Shown: positions 22,312-32,984, counted from the stretch's first letter. The stretch is DNA of 64,000 nucleotides from an uncultured Nitrospiraceae bacterium (GCA_963727805.1 CAVSHF010000003.1:2397327-2461326), one strand, 5' to 3'. Notes: generated by a model not told the origin, from the letters alone. Program-made: numbers and translations.

Positions 22312-23715
22312 ATGGACAAGCAAAAGCTTCTATCAGACCTACCCTCCGTTGACGAGATTGTGAAGTCAAAAGATGGTATCGAGTGGCAGCAGAAATTTCC
22401 ACGAGTCTATGTTGTCCGGGCGATCCGTGAAATAATCCAGCGGCAGCGTGACGCCATTCTCGATGGCAGGTTTGAAGAAGCAGGTATTGATGACCTTCTG
22501 CCTGAGATCGAGAGGCAGATTGAAAAGCTGTCACGGTGCAGCCTAACCCCGCTTATCAATGCTACCGGGATCGTGATACATACGAACCTGGGAAGATCGA
22601 TCCTATCCGATGCGGTCCTCGAACAGGCAACCAAAATCGCCGGAGGCTATTCAAACCTCGAATATGATCTCAAGAAGGGCGAGAGGGGCAAGCGATACTC
22701 CCATGTCCAGAGGCTGCTTAAGGAACTCACCGGCGCGGAGGCCGGCATTGTCGTCAACAATAATGCCGCTGCCGTCTTCGTGTGTCTGACCGCTCTTGCC
22801 CGAGGCCGGGAGGTCATAGTTTCGCGGGGAGAGTTGGTCGAGATCGGAGGTTCATTCAGGATACCGGATGTGATGGCGAGCAGTGGTGCCATACTAAACG
22901 AAGTGGGAACTACTAACAAAACGCATGGCTATGATTACGAAAATGCACTAAACGATAATACGGCGCTTATGCTTAAAGTACACCAGGCTAATTTTAGGAT
23001 GATAGGCTTTACCGAGGCGCTGTCCATTGGGGAGCTAGTTGCCATCGGCAAGAAATATAGCGTGCCCGTTATGTATGACCTCGGGAGCGGCTGTTTCGTC
23101 GATCTTAAGCCCTATGGCATTCATATCGAGCCGACTGTTCAGGAAATCGTAAAAGCCGACGCCGACATCGTTACCTTTAGCGGAGATAAACTTCTGGGTG
23201 GACCGCAGGCAGGCGTTATCGTTGGTAAGAGGAAACTAATTGATATAATAGCAAAAAATCCACTTATGCGTGCAGTCAGGGTCGATAAGATGACGCTCGC
23301 TGCCCTTGAAGTGACCCTCAGGTGCTATCTTGATCAAGAGACAGCAATTGAGAAGATACCTACCCTGTCGATGCTGCTCCAGGCTCCGGAAAAAATCATG
23401 GAACGGGCTAAGAAGATCTTGAAATTACTCAAACGAGGACTGAGCGCAGACGACGGCGCTACGGTGGAGATTGATGTGGTCGAGGATCTATCGCAGTCAG
23501 GTGGTGGTGCATTGGCCGAGGTGCCGTTCAAAACCTATGCGATTTCGATTATGCCGTCGAAATTGTCCGTTAATGCACTCGAAGACAGGTTGAGGCATGG
23601 GAATCCTCCTGTGATTGCGCGGATAAAGGATGATGCCCTTATACTCGATGCCCGCACCGTGCGAAACGAAGAGATCAAGATGCTAGTGAACGCGGTTAGG
23701 GCGGCCCTGATTTAG
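22312..23715 (+). CDS. selA: L-seryl-tRNA(Sec) selenium transferase
   Basis: INATGIVIHTNLGRS, VNNNAAAV, RGELVEIGGSFRIPDVM, FSGDKLLGGPQAG. Confidence 0.97.
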   Translation: MDKQKLLSDLPSVDEIVKSKDGIEWQQKFPRVYVVRAIREIIQRQRDAILDGRFEEAGIDDLLPEIERQIEKLSRCSLTPLINATGIVIHTNLGRSILSDAVLEQATKIAGGYSNLEYDLKKGERGKRYSHVQRLLKELTGAEAGIVVNNNAAAVFVCLTALARGREVIVSRGELVEIGGSFRIPDVMASSGAILNEVGTTNKTHGYDYENALNDNTALMLKVHQANFRMIGFTEALSIGELVAIGKKYSVPVMYDLGSGCFVDLKPYGIHIEPTVQEIVKADADIVTFSGDKLLGGPQAGVIVGKRKLIDIIAKNPLMRAVRVDKMTLAALEVTLRCYLDQETAIEKIPTLSMLLQAPEKIMERAKKILKLLKRGLSADDGATVEIDVVEDLSQSGGGALAEVPFKTYAISIMPSKLSVNALEDRLRHGNPPVIARIKDDALILDARTVRNEEIKMLVNAVRAALI

Positions 23716-23738
23716 GTTATCTGAGACTCTCGTATGAT

Positions 23739-23754
23739 TGTTCCACGTGGAACA
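23739..23754. promoter_or_regulatory. parS centromere site
   Basis: Perfect palindrome TGTTCCACGTGGAACA, intergenic. Confidence 0.9.
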
Positions 23755-23785
23755 ACCAGGCTAATTCTGAGGTGATATAAGAGAT

Positions 23786-24754
23786 ATGAATATCGTCGTA
23801 GTGGGACTTGGGGCATTGGGGACTACCTTTGCGACACTTTTAAAGAAGGAGGGTCATAGAGTATTTGCGATCACCAAAGAGAAATACCTTGCCGATTTGG
23901 CCGACAGAAAAATAGCGATCTGCGGTATATTGGGATATTATGAAGCTGTGCTCGATGGTATATACGCCGGCATCGGGCCTTTACTCAATGAAAAGATCGA
24001 TCTTGTCCTCCTGACGGTCAAGTCATTCGACACGGAAATGGCTACGCATATGATTGCTCCCTTGGTTGGAGACAATGTCATTATTGTTTCAGCGCAAAAC
24101 GGATATGGCAATTATGAAGCGGTTGCCCGTATCGTGGGAAAGGCGCACGCCTTGCTCGCACGGATCATCTTCGGGGCGCGCCTTGTTAAAACAGGATATT
24201 CCGAGGTTACCGTTATCGCAGACGATGTCAGGATCGGCCAGCCCGAGGACGCTATTCCCGAGGATGCAATTATCAAGATAGCTTCGGAAATCAATAAGGC
24301 TGGAGTTCCAACATCCTATGCCGTAGACGTCAATGAGATACTTTGGGACAAGATACTCTACAACTGCGCCCTGAACCCGCTCGGGGCACTCCTGGAATGC
24401 AATTACGGCGGGCTTGCCGGGCATGAAGAGACAAAGCGAGTAATGGATGCACTCATTAAAGAGATATTTCAGGTTACCCAGTCCCACTCTATAAAGCTGC
24501 ACTGGGAAGATGCAGAAAGCTATATCGATTACTTTTATAAGAAACTTGTTCCACCTACACAAGAACACTATCCTTCTATGTATCATGATCTCAAGGCGGG
24601 CAAGAGGCTCGAAATAGATGCCCTCAACGGTGCAATCGTCAGGCTCGCCGCTGAGAAGGGGGTACCGGTGCCAGTAAACGAGACGATTCTCGATCTCATT
24701 ACAGTAAAAGAAAAATTATCTCAAGATAAGAGGCCTTTAAGCATGGCATTATGA
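23786..24754 (+). CDS. panE: 2-dehydropantoate 2-reductase (ketopantoate reductase family)
   Basis: GLGALG, TVKS, QNG, WDKILYNCALNPL, SMYHD..EIDALNG. Confidence 0.85.
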   Translation: MNIVVVGLGALGTTFATLLKKEGHRVFAITKEKYLADLADRKIAICGILGYYEAVLDGIYAGIGPLLNEKIDLVLLTVKSFDTEMATHMIAPLVGDNVIIVSAQNGYGNYEAVARIVGKAHALLARIIFGARLVKTGYSEVTVIADDVRIGQPEDAIPEDAIIKIASEINKAGVPTSYAVDVNEILWDKILYNCALNPLGALLECNYGGLAGHEETKRVMDALIKEIFQVTQSHSIKLHWEDAESYIDYFYKKLVPPTQEHYPSMYHDLKAGKRLEIDALNGAIVRLAAEKGVPVPVNETILDLITVKEKLSQDKRPLSMAL

Positions 24755-24767
24755 TAATGATGATTGA

Positions 24768-24783
24768 TGTTCCACGTGGAACA
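24768..24783. promoter_or_regulatory. parS centromere site
   Basis: Second perfect TGTTCCACGTGGAACA, intergenic. Confidence 0.9.
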
Positions 24784-24836
24784 TTGCAGTAGCTGCAGTT
24801 TACATGTGTTCAATAAAGAATAGCGAGGTTATATTT

Positions 24837-25250
24837 ATGAAGGGTGTCGAGCAGGGAGATAAAGTCAAATTGTCATATAAGCTTAAGCTGGAAGATGGAT
24901 CGATCTTTGAATCCTCGGAGACATCGGGCCCGCTGGATTTTGTCGTAGGCGAAGGGAATGTCTTGGGGCCGATTGAAACAGGAGTGCTCGGCATGATGGC
25001 CGGCGAGTCAAAGGTTATTCATGTTTCTGTAGACCAAGGTTATGGGGCAAGGAAGGAAGAGCGTATTTTCCAGATGAGCAAGACCAAGGCGCCGGCCTCA
25101 TATGAGGTGGGGAAATCGATAGTGCTCTACCGTGCCGATGGCAAACCCGTACCGGCGAAGGTAATCGGCGAGAATGAAGAGGCCTTTATCATCGATGGCA
25201 ATCACCCATTGGTGGGGCATGAGTTGACTTTCGAGATTACACTTCTCTAA
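24837..25250 (+). CDS. FKBP-type peptidyl-prolyl isomerase (SlyD/SlpA-like, no His tail)
   Basis: GDKVKLSY, FVVGEG, GYG, IDGNHPLVGHELTFEI. Confidence 0.88.
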   Translation: MKGVEQGDKVKLSYKLKLEDGSIFESSETSGPLDFVVGEGNVLGPIETGVLGMMAGESKVIHVSVDQGYGARKEERIFQMSKTKAPASYEVGKSIVLYRADGKPVPAKVIGENEEAFIIDGNHPLVGHELTFEITLL

Positions 25251-25523
25251 GCAATAGAAAAGTAGCAGGGAATAACTTTCTGATAAATATAGCTATATTT
25301 TAACTCTGAGGAAGCCGCCCTGTGATATAGCATTGCTACTAATATACAAAGTCTAGAAAGGTAGAGGTCAGATAGCAATAAATTTTTCTCCGCCAATTTT
25401 TGATTGTTGGATGAACTCCTTCTACTGATGATTTCAATCGCGAAATGCCTTTGCCAGAGCAATTAATCACTATCCACGGCTGTGTTAGGCAGGAGTTTTT
25501 CAGAGAGAAGCGAAGAAATCTTG

Positions 25524-25552
25524 TTGACAAAAAATATGTTAATAATTAATAT
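25524..25552 (+). promoter_or_regulatory. Probable sigma70 promoter of the HTH-EIIA/Ehr operon
   Basis: TTGACA-17 nt-TAATAT. Confidence 0.5.
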
Positions 25553-25599
25553 ATCCATTTGCTATCAAATTTGCTCATTATTGGACAATTATAGACACT

Positions 25600-26298
25600 A
25601 TGAATCTTAGCGTAAAAGATGTAGCGGAACTTCTAAATGTCTCTGACAAGACGATTTATCGCATGATACAGAATGAGACAATCCCTTGTTTCAAGGTGGG
25701 AGGCCAATGGCGTTTTGACAGAAAAGAAATTGCCTCCTGGATAGAAGACACAAGGGCGTTTTCCTATCAGACTGCAATTGAGAACACCGTTATGGATGAG
25801 GAATCCATATCGATTTCGGAATTTCTGCAAAGAGGCGGCATTTATGTCAATATGGCTGGCACTGCGAAAGAAACCGTAGTTCAGTCCTGCCTGGAACACA
25901 TCAAAACACGCGTATGTGAGATTGATATAAACAAGCTTTTTTCTTCTCTGATGGACCGGGAGGCGTTATGCACTACCGCAGTAGGTAATGGTATCGCGCT
26001 TCCCCATCCAAGCTCATTTGGGAAGTTCACGTCAGCATCGTACATTTCACTTTGCCGCCTTGAAATGCCGGTTCCTTTCGGAGCAGTTGACAACGAGGAT
26101 GTGGATACTCTGTTTTTCATTTTTCCAAAGAGCGAAAGACGTTTTTTGAGGATACAGGCAAAACTGTTACGACTTTTACGGGATGAAGAGGTAATTTCAG
26201 TCGTGAAAAAAATTCCTTGTGATGATCTTTACATGGATGAAGTCTATAAAGTCCTTTCGCAAAAAGAGGAGAAGATTATCAGGGGGCCGGCGAAATGA
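25600..26298 (+). CDS. Excisionase-type HTH fused to PTS EIIA(Ntr-like) domain
   Basis: LSVKDVAELLNVSDKTIYR..KVGGQWRF; REALCTTAVGNGIALPHP with phosphorylatable His. Confidence 0.88.
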   Translation: MNLSVKDVAELLNVSDKTIYRMIQNETIPCFKVGGQWRFDRKEIASWIEDTRAFSYQTAIENTVMDEESISISEFLQRGGIYVNMAGTAKETVVQSCLEHIKTRVCEIDINKLFSSLMDREALCTTAVGNGIALPHPSSFGKFTSASYISLCRLEMPVPFGAVDNEDVDTLFFIFPKSERRFLRIQAKLLRLLRDEEVISVVKKIPCDDLYMDEVYKVLSQKEEKIIRGPAK

Positions 26299-28340
26299 AC
26301 TTCGGCCCCATGGATACAGCTGTCTTAGCGGTCTGTCTGCTGTTGCTGACGGCACTAACAGCGCCCCTTTTCAGAAGCTACCAGCGATTTTTGATCACTA
26401 TTTGTTTTATACTCGCAGCGTCGGCATCTTTTCTGGGCACTGCCACGGGCATTTGGACGGTAAGCGGTGAAATCATAAATCAGGTAACCCTGCCCATCGG
26501 ACTTTCTGACTTGCCGTTCCACCTGAGGCTTGATGCTCTTTCGGGCTTTTTTCTAACGGTTATCGGGCTGCTCTCCTTTTTTGTATCGATCTACTCTGTA
26601 GGTTATGTGAAAGGTTATCTGGGCCACAGGCCTGTAACGAGCCTTATCATCTTTTATTGCCTCTTTCTAGCCGGGATGTTCATGGTAGTCTTGGCCGATG
26701 ATGCCTTCTGTTTTCTGGTCTCGTGGGAAATTATGGCGATGGCGTCGTACTTCCTGGTAATTTTCGAAAATGAACGGGTGGAGAACCGGCGGGCAGCATT
26801 TCTTTATCTGGTCATTGCCCACGTTGGGGCTATCGCCATCCTTCTGTCCTTCGGGGTTATGGCGAGTTTTACCACACGCTCCGGAAGTTTCATCGGTTAT
26901 ACTTTCGACGCCATGAGGCAGGCTCAAATTCCCCTCGAATGGGCCACGATCGCCTTCTTCCTGTCGTTTGGCGGATTTGCTGCAAAGGCCGGGGTCGTGC
27001 CTCTGCACGTCTGGTTGCCCGAGGCACATCCGGCTGCACCCTCGAATGTATCCGCTCTTATGAGCGGAGTAATGCTTAAGACTGCCATATACGGTATCGT
27101 GCGTATAACCTTCGATCTCATCCATGCCTTCCCGTGGTGGTGGGGAGCCATCGTGTTGATATTCGGCCTCATATCGGCCCTCCTGGGGGTGCTTTATGCT
27201 CTTATGCAACACGATCTAAAAAGGTTGCTCGCTTATCATTCAGTTGAGAATATTGGGATAATTCTAATCGGCATCGGGCTTGCCATGATATTCACATCAT
27301 TCAAGCTTCCCTTGCTGGCAGCTCTCGCCCTCATCGCCGGTCTTTACCATACTATGAACCACGCAATATTTAAAGGGCTGTTGTTTATGGGTGCAGGGGC
27401 GGTGTTCCACGCCACCGGTGAGCGGAATATGGAGGAGATGGGCGGGCTGATACACTGCATGCCGTGGACTGCTACCCTCTTTCTTGTTGGGTGTATTTCC
27501 ATATCGGCGCTGCCGCCATTTAATGGTTTTGTGTCCGAATGGCTCACGTTTCAGGCTTTTTTGCTCTCTCCCGCTCTACCCAATCAGTTAATCAGACTCC
27601 TTATCCCGATGGGTGCCGCCTTGCTGGCATTGACAGGGGCGCTTGCCGCCGCATGCTTTGTAAAAGCTTTCGGAGTTACCTTTCTCGGACACTGGAGGGG
27701 GCCCCATACTCTGCACGCCCATGAAGTAGACTGGCCCATGCGCATCGGTATGATACTGGCGGCTCTTACCTGTTTTGGCCTTGGTGTTCTCCCCACTCTC
27801 TTCATTGACTGGATGGACGTTATTGCAGCGCAGCTCGTGGGCACAACGATCGCCACGTCCGCATCGGCCTATGGCTGGATGTGGCTAACGCCCGTATCCT
27901 ACGAGCGGGCATCGTATTCGGGATCGATCGTTTTTTTTGGAATACTCATAGTTATTTTTGCAGCTTATGCGCTGCTTCATGTCCGTCCCAGTGCGATACA
28001 CAGGGTGCCGATCTGGGATTGCGGGTTCGAAAAAATCAATCAGCGGATGCAGTATAATGCCACGTCCTTTTCGATGCCGATACGGAGGATATTTGGCTAT
28101 CTTTTCAGAATCAAAGAGAGCGTGGAATTGGCGCCCCAGGCCGGACACAAAGCTTTTCCTAAAAAGATACAATATCACCTCATTATAAGAGACCGTTTCT
28201 GGGGCTGGCTCTACAGGCCGGTCGTCGAGATCAGCTTCTGGGTATCGCGCCAGGCCGGAAAGCTTCAGCAGGGCCGCGTGCAGGCCTATCTTATATATTC
28301 TTTTATAACGATCATCGTACTGCTGGTATTTTTACGATGA
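26295..28340 (+). CDS. hyfB: Ehr/hydrogenase-4 antiporter-like subunit B
   Basis: AKAGVVPLHVWLPEAHPAAPS, LKRLLAYHSVENIG, many TMs. Confidence 0.88.
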   Translation: MNFGPMDTAVLAVCLLLLTALTAPLFRSYQRFLITICFILAASASFLGTATGIWTVSGEIINQVTLPIGLSDLPFHLRLDALSGFFLTVIGLLSFFVSIYSVGYVKGYLGHRPVTSLIIFYCLFLAGMFMVVLADDAFCFLVSWEIMAMASYFLVIFENERVENRRAAFLYLVIAHVGAIAILLSFGVMASFTTRSGSFIGYTFDAMRQAQIPLEWATIAFFLSFGGFAAKAGVVPLHVWLPEAHPAAPSNVSALMSGVMLKTAIYGIVRITFDLIHAFPWWWGAIVLIFGLISALLGVLYALMQHDLKRLLAYHSVENIGIILIGIGLAMIFTSFKLPLLAALALIAGLYHTMNHAIFKGLLFMGAGAVFHATGERNMEEMGGLIHCMPWTATLFLVGCISISALPPFNGFVSEWLTFQAFLLSPALPNQLIRLLIPMGAALLALTGALAAACFVKAFGVTFLGHWRGPHTLHAHEVDWPMRIGMILAALTCFGLGVLPTLFIDWMDVIAAQLVGTTIATSASAYGWMWLTPVSYERASYSGSIVFFGILIVIFAAYALLHVRPSAIHRVPIWDCGFEKINQRMQYNATSFSMPIRRIFGYLFRIKESVELAPQAGHKAFPKKIQYHLIIRDRFWGWLYRPVVEISFWVSRQAGKLQQGRVQAYLIYSFITIIVLLVFLR

Positions 28341-29281
28341 ACTTGATTCCCTACATCATCGAACTATTGCAGGTCATAACACTCCTTGCTGTGGCGCCCG
28401 CTTTGGTCGGGTGGATTCGGATGCTGAAATGTTGGTCGCAGGGGCGCACGTCGGCAGGGCTGTTGCAGCCTTATCGGGACCTTTTTAAGCTCTTTGCGAA
28501 GGACATAGTATTGGCTGAGAACGCATCGTGGATATTCCGTTTCACCCCATATCTCGTCTTCGGCATCGCTATCCTTGCGGGAGGGATAATACCGATACTC
28601 TCGATCGATCTTCCCCTGGCGCCGACAGCTGATGTAATCGTGATTGTCGCGCTTTTTGCCATTGCGCGTTTCTTTACGGCGCTGGCGGGAATGGACATAG
28701 GGACAGCGTTCGGCGGAATGGGTTCAAGCCGCGAGATGATGATCGCCTCTCTGGCCGAACCCGCAATACTCATGGCGATTTTTACCGTATCACTGACGAA
28801 TAAATCCACATCACTTTCTCAAATAGTGCATGTCATCTACAGCGGCCAGTCTGTGCTGCGACCGTCCCTTGCCTTCGCGTTTCTGGCCTTTATCCTGATC
28901 GCCCTTGCTGAGACAGGCAGGATACCGGTCGATAATCCCGCAACGCATCTGGAGCTTACCATGATACACGAGGCGATGATACTTGAGTATTCGGGCAGGC
29001 ATCTTGCACTCGTTGAATGGGCTGGGATGATGAAGCTTTCCTTATTTGTCATGCTAGGGATTGCATCCTTTGCGCCATGGGGTATCGCTGCGAGGGGAAG
29101 CTTTATAGCGATCCCTTCCGCATTACTATTTATGGTGCTTAAATTAGGCATTGTCGGAGTTATTATTGTATTGATCGAGACCGGACTTGCAAAGATGCGC
29201 TTATTCCGATTGACCGAATTCCTCGGTGCGGCCTTCCTGCTTGCAACACTCGGTATGCTCTCTTATTTCATGTTGGATTGA
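28337..29281 (+). CDS. hyfC: Ehr/hydrogenase-4 membrane subunit C (NuoH-like)
   Basis: FGGMGSSRE, ETGRIPVDNPATHLELTMIHEAM. Confidence 0.88.
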   Translation: MNLIPYIIELLQVITLLAVAPALVGWIRMLKCWSQGRTSAGLLQPYRDLFKLFAKDIVLAENASWIFRFTPYLVFGIAILAGGIIPILSIDLPLAPTADVIVIVALFAIARFFTALAGMDIGTAFGGMGSSREMMIASLAEPAILMAIFTVSLTNKSTSLSQIVHVIYSGQSVLRPSLAFAFLAFILIALAETGRIPVDNPATHLELTMIHEAMILEYSGRHLALVEWAGMMKLSLFVMLGIASFAPWGIAARGSFIAIPSALLFMVLKLGIVGVIIVLIETGLAKMRLFRLTEFLGAAFLLATLGMLSYFMLD

Positions 29282-29282
29282 T

Positions 29283-29957
29283 ATGGACCTGACTACTGCG
29301 GCACAGATTAACAGTTTTTTAGCGGCACTTGTGCTCCTGACCGCCTTTGGCATGCTTGTGCAAAAGAGGATATACGGGCTAATACACCTTTTTGCCTGGC
29401 AGGGCTTTTTCCTTGCGATCAATACCGCCATAGTCGGCTACGTTGCGGATAAGCATCATCTCTATATATCCTCTCTCCTGACCCTCTCTTTGAAAGTAGG
29501 GCTCCTGCCTTATATCCTCCATCTGCTCATCCATCGACTCAAGATCCACAAAGAGGTCGAGACCGTCATCAATATCCCCATGACGATGCTGATCGGCATA
29601 GCGCTGGTTATATTTTCATATCACCTGATGGCGCCTGTCACAGAGCTTTCGACCCTGATAACGCGTTCAACTCTTGCGATCGCGCTTGCAACGGTGATGA
29701 TCGGTCTTCTGATGATGATCACACGAAGACATGCCGTTACGCAGATTATCGGCTTTCTCGCTCTGGAGAACGGACTTTTTTTCGCTGCGACAAGTGCAAC
29801 GTATGGCATGCCCCTTGTAGTTGAACTCGGTGTTGCCCTCGATGTTTTGATCGCGGCCTTCATCTTCGGCATATTCTTTTTCCATATACATACCACCTTT
29901 GACAGTCTGGATGTCGAGCAAATGGTGCGACTGAGGGAGGAAGATGTCGACGACTAG
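29283..29957 (+). CDS. hyfE: Ehr/hydrogenase-4 membrane subunit E
   Basis: QIIGFLALENG, MPLVVELG; position in operon. Confidence 0.82.
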   Translation: MDLTTAAQINSFLAALVLLTAFGMLVQKRIYGLIHLFAWQGFFLAINTAIVGYVADKHHLYISSLLTLSLKVGLLPYILHLLIHRLKIHKEVETVINIPMTMLIGIALVIFSYHLMAPVTELSTLITRSTLAIALATVMIGLLMMITRRHAVTQIIGFLALENGLFFAATSATYGMPLVVELGVALDVLIAAFIFGIFFFHIHTTFDSLDVEQMVRLREEDVDD

Positions 29958-31410
29958 CAGTATCATGCTTCTCATCCTATTGGGCGTTCCCCTTTTTGGC
30001 GCGGTTGCCCTGGCCTTTTTGGGCGACAGGAAGTATGCACCGGAGATAAATATTGTTGGCTCCGCTTCCACATTTACAGCGGGCCTTGGGCTCGCCCTTG
30101 AAGTCTATTTCCAGGGGCCCATGCTTGCTGGGGGGAAATTCTTTTTTGTCGATGCATTCAATCTCTACCTGGCAGTATTGACTTCTTTTGTCTCGATGAC
30201 TACTGCGATCTTCAGTCGTAGGTACATGAGGAGGGAGCGCGAACATGGCCGCGTCGGCCACAGACGCATGCGCTTCTACCACGCCATGTTTCAGCTCTTC
30301 ATATTCGCGATGCTCCTCTGCCTCCTTACTAACAATGTCGGTGTTTTGTGGATCGCGATGGAGTTGGCCACATTATCCACTGTACTGCTTGTCTCGCTCT
30401 ATCGCACGCCTACCGCTATTGAAGCGGCCTGGAAATATTTCCTCCTCTGTGGTGTGGGAATCGCGCAGGCACTTTTCGGGACGGTCCTGCTCTATTTTGC
30501 TGCTGAAAAAGTTCTGGGCGAAGGAGGTGAGGCGCTCCTTTGGACCAACCTCAATGCGGTCAGCGGTAAGCTCGAGCCGACAGTGCTATCCCTCGCCTTT
30601 GTCTTTTTGATGGTTGGGTACGGAACAAAAGTGGGACTGGTGCCGCTTCACAACTGGCTGCCCGACGCGCATAGTGAAGGTCCCACACCTATCTCCGCCG
30701 TCCTTTCCGGCCTGCTTCTGAACATTGCGCTCTATGCTCTGGTACGATGTAAAGTGCTTGTTGACGGATCTACTCAGACGCATCATGCCGGCGATATTAT
30801 GATGGGCTTCGGACTTATGTCGCTCCTCGTAGCAGCCTTTTCGCTACTCAGACAGAAGGATATAAAGCGCATGTTCTCATACTCGTCGATCGAGCATATG
30901 GGGATTGCGACCTTTGCTTTTGGCTTGGGCGGTCCTATAGCAACCTTTGGCGCACTTCTGCATATGTTGGTGCACAGCCTTGCAAAATCAGCGATATTCT
31001 TCACCGTGGGCCATGCCTCACAGATGCATCGCACACAGGAGATGGCGAAGATTAAAGGATTGTTCAAGGGCAATCCCCTGGTCGGATGGGGTCTGATGTT
31101 CGGCGTCCTGGCTATTGTTGGAATGCCGCCATTCGGCATATTCACGAGTGAGTTCCTGATATTGACGGCGACTATCAAGGACGCGCCTTTATGGACTCCT
31201 TTTCTCCTGTTGGGACTGGGAGTTGCATTTGCCGCACTACTTAGCAGAGTACAACCTATGGTTTCAGGTGATGTGCCTCTGAACCAAAAGCCCATGAAAG
31301 TAGCGAATATTCCGGTAATGCTCCACATGGCGCTTGTCTTCATCATCGGTATTTATATTCCTGATTTTCTGAATCAGTGGTTTCATACTGCAGTGGAGTT
31401 GCTGAAATGA
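29944..31410 (+). CDS. hyfF: Ehr/hydrogenase-4 antiporter-like subunit F
   Basis: EAAWKY, GYGTKVGLVPLHNWLPDAHSEGPTP, YSSIEHMG. Confidence 0.88.
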   Translation: MSTTSSIMLLILLGVPLFGAVALAFLGDRKYAPEINIVGSASTFTAGLGLALEVYFQGPMLAGGKFFFVDAFNLYLAVLTSFVSMTTAIFSRRYMRREREHGRVGHRRMRFYHAMFQLFIFAMLLCLLTNNVGVLWIAMELATLSTVLLVSLYRTPTAIEAAWKYFLLCGVGIAQALFGTVLLYFAAEKVLGEGGEALLWTNLNAVSGKLEPTVLSLAFVFLMVGYGTKVGLVPLHNWLPDAHSEGPTPISAVLSGLLLNIALYALVRCKVLVDGSTQTHHAGDIMMGFGLMSLLVAAFSLLRQKDIKRMFSYSSIEHMGIATFAFGLGGPIATFGALLHMLVHSLAKSAIFFTVGHASQMHRTQEMAKIKGLFKGNPLVGWGLMFGVLAIVGMPPFGIFTSEFLILTATIKDAPLWTPFLLLGLGVAFAALLSRVQPMVSGDVPLNQKPMKVANIPVMLHMALVFIIGIYIPDFLNQWFHTAVELLK

Positions 31411-32984
31411 GTCTACTGGAAAAAACAATAATTGCAGCCCTTGGAGAGGATGCAAGGTTTCGTCCGGGCCACTACCCCGCTTCCGTCCCCCTATGCGTCG
31501 TACCGAGGATGAGATTCGTCGAGGTGGCAAAGGAGTTAAAAAAAGCCTATGCCCTGCTTGCCGCTGAATGGGCCACGGATGAGATCGCGTTTGGAATCGC
31601 AAGGGGATACGGCATTTATGCCTGTTACCGATACGGCCCTGAATATATTATCGTTAAAGCTGAAGTGCCCGCCGATTTCACGGTGTTTCCAAGCCTTACT
31701 AAGAAATTCGTTTCCGCCTACCGGTTTGAGCGTCAGATTGAAAGCCTGATGGGGCTAACGCCTGACAAGCATCCAGATCGGAGACCCTGGATAAAATTCG
31801 AGGACTGGCCCGTCGATGCATGGCCCTTGAGAAAATTATTCGACGCATCGAAACCGCTACCAAGGATGAAAGGGGCCTACAAATGGGTAAGGGCAGTCGG
31901 AGAAGGGGTCTACGAAATTCCAGTAGGCCCTGTTCACGCAGGAATCATCGAACCAGGGCATTTCAGGTTTCAGGCGGTCGGAGAGACCATAATCAACCTT
32001 GAAGAGCGGTTGGGATATGTTCATAAGGGAATAGAAAAGAGGTTTGAGTCGCTATCCTGGATCGAGGGGGCTCGGCTTGCAGGGCGTGTATCGGGTGACA
32101 CCACGGTAGCGCATTGCCTCACCTATTGCATGGCGCTGGAATCCATGACCGGATGCAATCCTCCATCGCGAGCACAGTGGCTGAGGGCCTTGTTCCTCGA
32201 AAGAGAGCGCATAGCAAACCACCTCGGCGATATCGGCGCCATCTGCAATGATGTCGCATTCGCATTTATGCTTTATCAAACGATGAGGCTGAAGGAGATG
32301 CTTCTTCGCACCAATCAAAGGCTTTTCAATCACCGGCTGATGATGGACAAGATCATACCGGGCGGCGTTATCGCAGATATCAATTCAAAAGGGATAAAAG
32401 ATATATTGGACGAAATGGATTATCTCACGAACGAATTTGAGAGGCTTATCATCATTTATGATGAGAATTCATCCCTTGAGGACAGAACGAGAGAGACCGG
32501 TATTCTTACCCCCGAGAAGGCGAGGGACCTTGGTGTCGTTGGAATAGTGGCGCGGGCAAGCGGTTTGAACCTCGATTGCCGCATACAAAATCCATTCCCC
32601 CCATATGACAGAATTGAGGTGCACGTACCTGTTCTTCTTTCCGGCGATGTGCACGCAAGGGTCTGGGTGAGGATAGAGGAGGTACGGGAATCTATCCGTC
32701 TCATACGGGAAATACTCTATAGCTTGCCGGACGGAGAGATCGCGGCAGCAGTACCCCCCCCTTTCCCTGACACAGCCGGGTTTGCCGCTGTCGAGGGATG
32801 GCGCGGCGAGATAATTTACTGGCTTCAGACCGGACCGAAAGGGGAAGTAAACAGGTGCATGGTGAGGGACCCTTCGAGCCTCTGCTGGCTGGGGCTCGAA
32901 CAGGCGATAACGGGCAATATCGTCCCTGATTTCCCTGTCTGCAACAAGAGCTTTAATCAATCCTATTCGGGGCATGATTTATGA
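31407..32984 (+). CDS. Ehr large subunit (NuoCD/HyfG-like, lacking NiFe-binding CxxC motifs)
   Basis: VGPVHAGIIEPGHFRF, YVHKGIEK, RVSGD in place of RxCGxC, C-terminal PDFPVCNKSFNQSYSGHDL. Confidence 0.88.
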   Translation: MSLLEKTIIAALGEDARFRPGHYPASVPLCVVPRMRFVEVAKELKKAYALLAAEWATDEIAFGIARGYGIYACYRYGPEYIIVKAEVPADFTVFPSLTKKFVSAYRFERQIESLMGLTPDKHPDRRPWIKFEDWPVDAWPLRKLFDASKPLPRMKGAYKWVRAVGEGVYEIPVGPVHAGIIEPGHFRFQAVGETIINLEERLGYVHKGIEKRFESLSWIEGARLAGRVSGDTTVAHCLTYCMALESMTGCNPPSRAQWLRALFLERERIANHLGDIGAICNDVAFAFMLYQTMRLKEMLLRTNQRLFNHRLMMDKIIPGGVIADINSKGIKDILDEMDYLTNEFERLIIIYDENSSLEDRTRETGILTPEKARDLGVVGIVARASGLNLDCRIQNPFPPYDRIEVHVPVLLSGDVHARVWVRIEEVRESIRLIREILYSLPDGEIAAAVPPPFPDTAGFAAVEGWRGEIIYWLQTGPKGEVNRCMVRDPSSLCWLGLEQAITGNIVPDFPVCNKSFNQSYSGHDL

